Assembly (NCBI RefSeq): GCF_046119375.1
Contig: NW_027362765.1
Coordinates: 118,978,001 to 119,042,000, forward strand
Length of the DNA stretch: 64,000 nt
Reading direction: 5' to 3'
Source: Phyllobates terribilis
Taxonomy: Eukaryota
Under the pieces are notes generated by a model, which saw only the letters and a program-made list of their open reading frames with translations, had not been told where the DNA came from and did not search any database. Made by a program: the position numbers and the translations under genes. This document shows, piece after piece, positions 55,411 to 64,000 of the stretch (positions are counted from its first letter, which is position 1; every line of letters begins with the position of its first letter).

Positions 55411-56087
55411 CTTTTATCCTAAGTCGTGACAAGGCTTGTGAAAGGGTTGCTATTGATTTCTAGGATTGCTACTTCCAATAGGTGGCACTATAGAGTTCAA
55501 GTTCTCTTCTAGGAAGAGTCAATTTGCACGCTTAGTTCCAGTGAAGTTAATGAGCTGTCACATATTACCTTGTGACTGGCGTGGCACTGTTTTTGGAAAG
55601 CAGATGTGATTTTTATTCTTGTACATCCCCATTTAACTTGCAAGTGCACAAGTACTGATCGATATTCACTTTCTATGAAGATGCGGCAGAGCCGAGCTTG
55701 TCGTTGATGCCATCATTTGGTGTCCAATGTATGATAAGACTACAAGTGAAGCTTCTACATTATCACAAGGAGTTACAAGCCCCTTTTCCTCTGCTGCATC
55801 ACATACTGTTGTGTGCTTCCACCTAGAAGCAGTCCAAGGAATTGCATTACACTTTTCATGTCTATATCTGCCCTTATCACATTGGACAGAAGTAGGAACT
55901 AGACTCTCTCCCTCAATCTGGTGGAGTTTCCTCTGTAGGAAAATAACAATGGAAAGGAAGAGGAGGCAGAGCCAGTTCTACAGAGACCAGGGAGCTGGGA
56001 GGGCAGGAATACGCATGAAGTCTGGTAGGACGCAGACATACCCTGGAAGTTTGTGGTAACTGGTGAAGTCATCTGAAAGACAGCAAA

Positions 56088-56117
56088 ATGGAGCAACAAA
56101 CCAAGAAGGGAAAGAAG
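56088..56117 (+). CDS. ccm2l: CCM2-like scaffold protein, coding exon 1 (MEQQTKKGKK)
   Basis: 30-nt exon resembling MEYEVKKGKK of human CCM2L as recalled; GT donor at 56118; phase 0. Confidence 0.85.
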
Positions 56118-56131
56118 GTACCAAGGTGTAA

Positions 56132-56392
<261 letters not shown>

Positions 56393-56553
56393 TGATAATT
56401 GGGGAGTCAAGCCATTTATAGGCAGGAAAGTTGCTTGGTAGATACTCACTGCAGACCCCATGATGCCCGTCTGCTAGGAGGACATGCCAGGATCTCCAGA
56501 GGTGAGGATGCTCGCTGCTATAGTTCATCCAGGAGGTCCCAAATGGGGAATAA

Positions 56554-56988
<435 letters not shown>

Positions 56989-58597
56989 TAACTACTATAA
57001 TACTGCCCCTATGTACAAGAATATAGCTACTATAATACTGCCCCCTATGTACAGGAATATAACTACTATAATACTGCCCCTATGTACAAGAATATAACTA
57101 CTATAATACTGCCCCTATGTACAAGAATATAATTACTATAATATTGCCTCCTATGTACAAGAATTACCTACTATAATACTACTCCTATGTACTAGATTTA
57201 ACTACTATAATACTACCACCTATGTACAAGAATATGACTACGATAATACTGCACCTTCTGTACAAGAATATAACTACTATAATACTGCCTCTATGTACAA
57301 GAATATAATTACTATAATATTGCCTCCTATGTACAAGAATATACCTACTATAATACTACCCCTATGTACTAGATTTAACTACTATAATACTACCCCCTAT
57401 GTACAAGAATATAACTACTATAATACTGCTCCCTATGTACAAGAATAGAACTATAATGCTGCCCCTATGTACAAGAATGTACAAGAATAGACCTACTATA
57501 ATACTGCATCCTATGTACAAGAATATACCTACTCTAATACTATTCCTATATACAAGAATATACCTATTATAATACTGCTCCTATGTACAAGAATATTACT
57601 ACTATAATACTGTCCCCTATGTACAAGAATAGAACTACTATAATACTGCCCCCTATGTACAAGAATAGAACTACTATAATAGTGCCCCTATGTACAAGAA
57701 TATAACTACTATAGTACTGCTCCCTAGGTACAAGAATATACCTACTATAATACTTCTCCTATGTACAAGAATAGAACTACTATAATACTGCCCCTATGTA
57801 CAAGAATATAACTACTATAATACTGCTCCCTATGTACAAGAATAGAACTACTATAATGCTGCCCCTATGTACAAGAATAGATCTACTATAATACTGCCCC
57901 CTATGTACAAGAATAGAACTATAATAGTGCCCCTATGTACAAGAATATAACTACTATAGTACTGCTCCCTATGTACAAGAACAGAACTACTATAGTACTG
58001 CTCCTTATGTACAAGAATAGAACTACTATAATACTGCTCCCTATGTACAAGAATAGAACTACTATAATACTGCCCCTATGTACAAGAATGTACAAGGATA
58101 GAACTACTATAATACTGCATCCTATGTACAAGAATATATCTACTATAATACTGCTCCTATGTACAAGAATATAACTACTATAATACTGCTCCCTATGTAC
58201 AAGAATAGAACTACTATCATCGTGCCCCTATGTACAAGAATATAGCTACTATAATACTGCTCCTATGTACAAGAATATAACTACTATAATACTGCCCCCT
58301 ATATACAAGAATATAACTACTATAATACTGCTCCTATGTACAAGAATATAACTGCTATAATACTGCTCCTATGTACAAGAATATAACTACTATAATACTG
58401 TCCCTATGTACAAGAATATAACTACTATAATACTGCATCCTATGTACAAGAATATAACTACTATAATACTGCTCCTTTGTACAAGAATATAACTACTATA
58501 ATACTGCTCCTATGTACAAGAATAGAACTACTATAATACTGCCCCCTATGTACAAGAATATAACTGCTATAATACTGCTCCTATGTACAAGAATATA

Positions 58598-60248
58598 CAG
58601 TTATATGAAAAAGTTTGGGCACCCCTATTAATCTTAAGCTTAATGTTTTATAAAAATTGGTGTTTTTGCAACAGCTATTTCAGTTTGATATATGTAATAA
58701 CTGTTGGACACAGTAATGTTTCTGCCTTGAAATGAGGTTTATTGTACTAACAGAAAATGTGCAATCTGCATTCAAACAAAATTTGACAGGTGCATAAGTA
58801 TGGGCACCTCACCAGAAAAGTGACATTAATATTTAGTAGATCCTCCTTTTACAAAAATAAAAGCCTCTAGTCGCTTCCTGTAGCTTTTAATGAGTTCCTG
58901 GATCCTGGATGAAGGAATTTTTGACCATTCCTCTTTACAAAACAATTCCAGTTCAGTTAAGTTTGATGGTCGCCGAGCATGGACAGCCCTCTTCAAATGA
59001 TCCCACAGATGTTCAATGATATTCAGGTCTGGGGACTGGGATGGCCATTCCAGAACATTGTAATTGTTCCTCTGCATGAATGCCTGAGTAGATTTGGAGC
59101 GGTGTTTTGGATCATTGTCTTGCTGAAAGATCCATCCCCTGCGTAACTTCAACTTTATCACTGATTCTTGAACATTATTGTCAAGAATCTGCTGATACTG
59201 AGTGGAATCCATGTGTCCCTCAACTTTAACAAGATTCCTGGTGCCAGCATTGGCCACACAGCCCCAAAGCATGATGGAACCTCCACCAAATTTTACTGTG
59301 GGTAGCAAGTGCTTTTCTTGGAATGCTGTGTTTTTTTTGCCGCCATGCATAACGCCTTTTTGTATGACCAAACAACTCAATCTTGGTTTCATCAGTCCAC
59401 AGGACCTTCTTCCAAAAAGAAATTGGCTTCTCCAAATGTGCTTTTGCATACCTCAGCCGACTCTGTTTGTGGCGTGCTTGCAGAAACGACTTCTTTCGCA
59501 TCACTCTCCCATACAGCTTCTCCTTGTGCAAAGTGCGTTGTATAGTTGACCAATGCACAGTGACACCATCTGCAGCAAGTTGATGCTGCAGCTCTCTGGA
59601 GGTGGTCTGAGGATTGTCCTTGACTGATCTCACCATTCTTCTTCTCTGCCTTTCTGATGTTTTTCTTGGCCTGCCACTTCTGGCCTTAACAAGAACTGTT
59701 CCTGTGTTCTTCCATTTCCTTACTATGTTCCTCACAGTGGAAACTGACAGGTTAAATCTCCAAGACAGCTTTTTGTATCCTTCCCCTGAACAACTATGTT
59801 GAATAATCTTTGTTTTCAGATCATTTGACAGTTGTTTTGAGGAGCCCATGATGCCACTCTTCAGAGGAGATTCAAACAGGAGAACAACTTGCAAGTGGCC
59901 ACTTTAAGTAGCTTTTCTCATGATTGCATACACCTGGCTATGAAGTTCAAAGCTCAATGAGGTCACAAAACCAAAAAAAGTGCTTTAGTAAGTCAGTAAA
60001 AAGTAGGTAGGAGTATTTAAAACAAGAAAATGATAAGAGTGCCCATACTTATGCACCTGTCAAATTTTGTTTGAATGCAGATTGCACATTTTCTGTTAGT
60101 ACAATAAACCTCATTTCAAGGCAGAAACATTACTGTGTCCAACAGTTATTACATATATCAAACTGAAATAGCTGTTGCAAAAACGCCAATTTTAAGAAAA
60201 CATTAAGCTTAAGATTAATAGGGGTGCCCAAACTTTTTCATATAACTG
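58598..60248 (-). mobile_element. Young full-length Tc1 transposon (1651 bp)
   Basis: TA|CAGTTATATGAAAAAGTTTGGGCACCCC; near-identical TIRs of ~210 bp; TA duplicated within a minisatellite unit. Confidence 0.96.
58826..59849 (-). pseudogene. DD34E Tc1 transposase, 340 aa after removing one base
   Basis: MGSSKQLSNDL...WTDE...QQDND(34 aa)E...KY*; span 1024 nt = 1023+1; the extra base is in the T8 run at 59331-59338. Confidence 0.92.
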
Positions 60249-60881
60249 TAACTACTATAATACTGCTCCTATGTACAAGAATATAACTACTATAATACTG
60301 CTCCTTTGTACAAGACTATAACTACTATAATACTGCATCCTATGTACAAGAATATAACTACTATAATACTGCTCCTTTGTACAAGAATATAACTACTATA
60401 CTACTGCTCCTATGTACAAGAATAGAACTACTATAATAATGTCCCTATGTACCAGAATAGAACTACTATAATACTGCCCCCTATGTACCAGAATAGAACT
60501 ACTATAATACTGCCCCCTATGTACAAGATTATAACTACTATAATACTGCTCCTATGTACAAGAATATAACTACTATAATACTGCTCCTATGTACAAGAAT
60601 ATAACTACTATAATACTGCTCCCTATGTACAAGAATATAACTACTATAATACTGCCCCCTATGTACAAGAATATAACTACTATAATACTGCTCCTATGTA
60701 CAAGAATATAACTACTATAATACTGCTCCTATGTACAAGAATATAACTACTATAATACTGCTCCTATGTACAAGAATGTACAAGGATAGAACTACTATAA
60801 TACTGCTCCTAAGGATATAACCAATTTCTGAATTATTTCATCCTGATCTTTGTTACTGTATATGTGGAATTTGAGGATTGA

Positions 60882-61115
<234 letters not shown>

Positions 61116-61196
61116 TGAGTGTTCTCATGTACAGTGAACGTTAATAGGTCTTGCATCAGAGTTGGAGTTGCCTCAGTCTCATGGTCTTTCTTTTAG

Positions 61197-61804
61197 GTCT
61201 CGGATTAGATCCTGTTCCAGCCTCTGGTAGCTTGGAAAGAAAACCTCCAGTTGGAAAAGCCGACAGGACTCCAGGAGCAAGTGGAGCTGGTCCTAAACAA
61301 ATAGGGGGTGCCATGGAGAGGCGCCATACTATCTGCAGCTTGGACTGGAAGATGGCTCACAAATCTTCAGATGGACGACCCAAGAATGGAGGGAGTTTGG
61401 AGAGGAGTGGAGAAAAGCAAGAAACTGGAAGCTGGGAGAAGAGTCATAGAGGCCAGGCATGCAATAATTGGGAGCGGAGAATGACATTCAGTGGCAGCTG
61501 GGAGCGACGACAACCTTGTGGGGGTAGCTGGGAAAAAAGACACCCCTGTGGGGGCAGCTGGGAAAGACGTCAGCCCTGTGGGGGCAGCTGGGAGAGAAAA
61601 CAACCTCGTGGGGGCAGCTGGGAGAAACGACAAACTTGTGGGGGCAGCTGGGAAAAACGACAACCTTGTGGGGGCAGCTGGGAGAGACGTCAGCCATGTG
61701 GAGGTAGCTGGGAGAGAAGACCAGGAGGACAGAATCCTTTAGATCCCAAAGAGCCAAGTCCAGATGCCTACTGCAACTTGATCATCTTGGCTGTGGAGAA
61801 CAGA
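61197..61804 (+). CDS. ccm2l: CCM2L exon 5 (GSWERR repeat insert)
   Basis: GLGLDPVPA...ERRHTICSLDW...(GSWERRQPCG)n...NPLDPKEPSPDAYCNLIILAVENR; AG/GT boundaries. Confidence 0.95.
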
Positions 61805-61941
61805 GTGAGTTGATTGTTGAGTTGCTTTACTTTCCCTGCTACTGATCTTCATTCACATATTGTCATACACTCCGGTTGCAACCAAAGCTGCATTCCAAGC
61901 CCTACCAGAGACAGTTCCCATTATGTTCTGCTGCTAAGTAG

Positions 61942-62115
<174 letters not shown>

Positions 62116-62547
62116 TGACACCCCTGCATGCACTATGCCTCAATTATGGCATGGTAGAAAGCCTTGGTTATTGACTTTGTACTTGTGTAGGAACCAAGAT
62201 TGCCAACTTGATTTTTTTTCTGGCCAATATTTTTCTGCCATTGGAGACCCCGGGCAAAATAATTAGGGAATAGTTCCAAAACATCAACCTAATAGCAGTA
62301 CAACAATGTGCCCAAACAGTACCACGTCCAAATAAAAGCATCCTAAATATATTGCCAAAATAATAGCATACCAAGCTCCAACTATTATGCCATGTTGTGC
62401 CCAAATATCTCCGTGACTTGTTCTAATACAAGTGTCCAAAAAAGAATACCTAAATAATACCACCATGATGCCTGTAGTGTCCAGACAGCAATGCCAAAAT
62501 AATAACTGCACACAATGGCCAAATAACAGTCATATTATACTGAAATA

Positions 62548-62901
62548 TAAGGGGAAACATTTCTAATTGTGGAGAGTGACAGTGTAAGGAGACTTATAGG
62601 CCATCCAATGGTCCTCTGCGAAATTAAATATGCAATAATGCCACATACTGGAAGTAGCAATCCTAAAAGTCAATGTCAACTCTTTAATGAGCATTGCCAC
62701 ATGACTTAGGATCTCATGCTTTGCACTGAGGAGGGGTGACAGATCGAAACACAGGTCTGCAAATTGAGATTCTGGTTTGGCTTTTATTCTAAGTCATGTG
62801 ACAAGGCTCGTTAAAGGGTCGATATTGACAATTTTTAGATTGCTATTTTCAGTAATTGGCACCAGAGTTCAAGTCCTCTTCCTCTCTAAAGAGGCAATTT
62901 G
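62548..62901 (+). mobile_element. Second, internally deleted insertion of the hammerhead-bearing element (ccm2l intron 6)
   Basis: Inverted part ~62548-62710 plus forward part 62711-62901; TSD CATATTATACTGAAATA (62531-62547) / CATATTATACTGAAGTA (62902-62918). Confidence 0.78.
62712..62769 (+). ncRNA. Type I hammerhead motif with degenerate stem II, sense to ccm2l
   Basis: TCTCATGC-TTTGCA-CTGAGGA(62726)-GGGGTGACAGATC-GAAA(62746)-CACAGG-TC(62757)-TGCAAA-TTGAGA. Confidence 0.7.
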
Positions 62902-63313
62902 CATATTATACTGAAGTACTACTGCCATATTGTGTCAAAATAATACTAGCTTAGGCTGGTTTCACACATCCGATGTGTCTCCTGACATGACATTGGAAGA
63001 GCAGGAGAACTGCAGCCGGTTTAGACATCGTAGTCGTTACTCGGGTCGTGAATGTTGGATGTGTGATATCGGCCCCACTGTTCCCAATAAAGTGTCATGT
63101 TGAGATTTGCAGCCATGCTGGGGTCCTGATGATGAGCACAGACTCTGCCATATGCCGTGTGCAGTAGAGTCCTGTCCCATTGACCTTAGCATTCCTACAT
63201 TCTCAAACCAGTTATGGTGGCTATAGGGTGTTTTTGATGGAAGAACCAGGACTCTCCTTCCATTTATAGCCTGGCTCTGGACATTGCTTGATTCTTTTCT
63301 CGTCTTTCTGCAG

Positions 63314-63377
63314 GTGACAGTTCACACACAGATGGGACATTTTCATACGATGCCGACTTCAGCTGCTGCAGCTCCTT
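63314..63377 (+). CDS. ccm2l: CCM2L exon 7
   Basis: (C)DSSHTDGTFSYDADFSCCSS(F); phase 1 in, phase 2 out; AG/GT boundaries. Confidence 0.9.
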
Positions 63378-63407
63378 GTAAGTCAACAAATAAACCAGAA
63401 GGGATAG

Positions 63408-63731
<324 letters not shown>

Positions 63732-64000
63732 TAGACTGTGACATATAATAGTCACTTTGGATCTCATATTTATACTCCAATCACACCCAGAGCTGCATAC
63801 GAAAATGTTTTGTTCTCTGTTAACCCTACCCAAACACACAATGACCCTACTAGCTGAAATAAGATAATGGACATTTTTTGTAATTTTCCATTATATAAGG
63901 AGAAAACAGTATGCCCAGTATAAAAGCTACATCTCCCACAGTGCAATACAGTGGAGTGCTCTCTATACACTATGGTCTAGCCTGGTGATTGGGAAAACGT

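Larger units (their letters stand above)
54567..55529 (+). mobile_element. Hammerhead-bearing non-coding retroelement (retrozyme / Penelope-pLTR-like): one inverted unit plus two tandem ~325-bp units
   Basis: Period 325 (CTGAGGA at 55031 and 55356); inverted copy 54567-~54882; 11-bp TSD GCTTAGCTCCA (54556-54566) / GCTTAGTTCCA (55530-55540). Confidence 0.8.
54471..55632. mobile_element. T2-like palindromic MITE hosting the ribozyme-repeat insertion
   Basis: TTAA|AGGGGTTGAAC ... GTACATCCCCAT|TTAA; the two halves rejoin at GCTTAG(C/T)TCCA. Confidence 0.6.

Noticed and set aside
55940-56087. GGAA (ETS-like) motifs upstream of ccm2l
   Set aside because: Short motifs expected by chance; no exact FOX:ETS composite seen
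61491-61742. Alternative-frame ORF overlapping ccm2l exon 5
   Set aside because: Open because of the 30-bp repeat; no ATG start or supporting evidence

Overview
Vertebrate genomic DNA, most likely a frog (inferred from the repeat families present). Two host genes lie on the + strand in the same tandem order as at human 20q11.21. xkr7 is complete: 3 coding exons, 31290-42698, 496 aa, starting in a CpG island. ccm2l is represented by its first 8 coding exons (56088-63626) and runs off the window end. Most of the remaining sequence is nested repeats: a near-full-length L2 LINE with a 2A-like NPGP motif, interrupted by a hAT element; a CR1 remnant; five Tc1 elements or remnants (one is a single base from an intact DD34E transposase); two solo LTRs; a 7.8-kb non-coding hAT element built of cascaded inverted duplications; several MITEs; and multi-kb minisatellites. 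The most notable signal is a non-coding family with a ~325-bp unit that carries type I hammerhead ribozyme motifs (CTGAGGA...GAAA...GTC, with stems I-III). It is present as two separate TSD-flanked insertions with the same inverted-plus-forward layout, one about 0.6 kb upstream of the ccm2l ATG and one in ccm2l intron 6. This resembles a Penelope-associated, retrozyme-like system. All calls were made by reading the sequence; no searches or folding programs were run.
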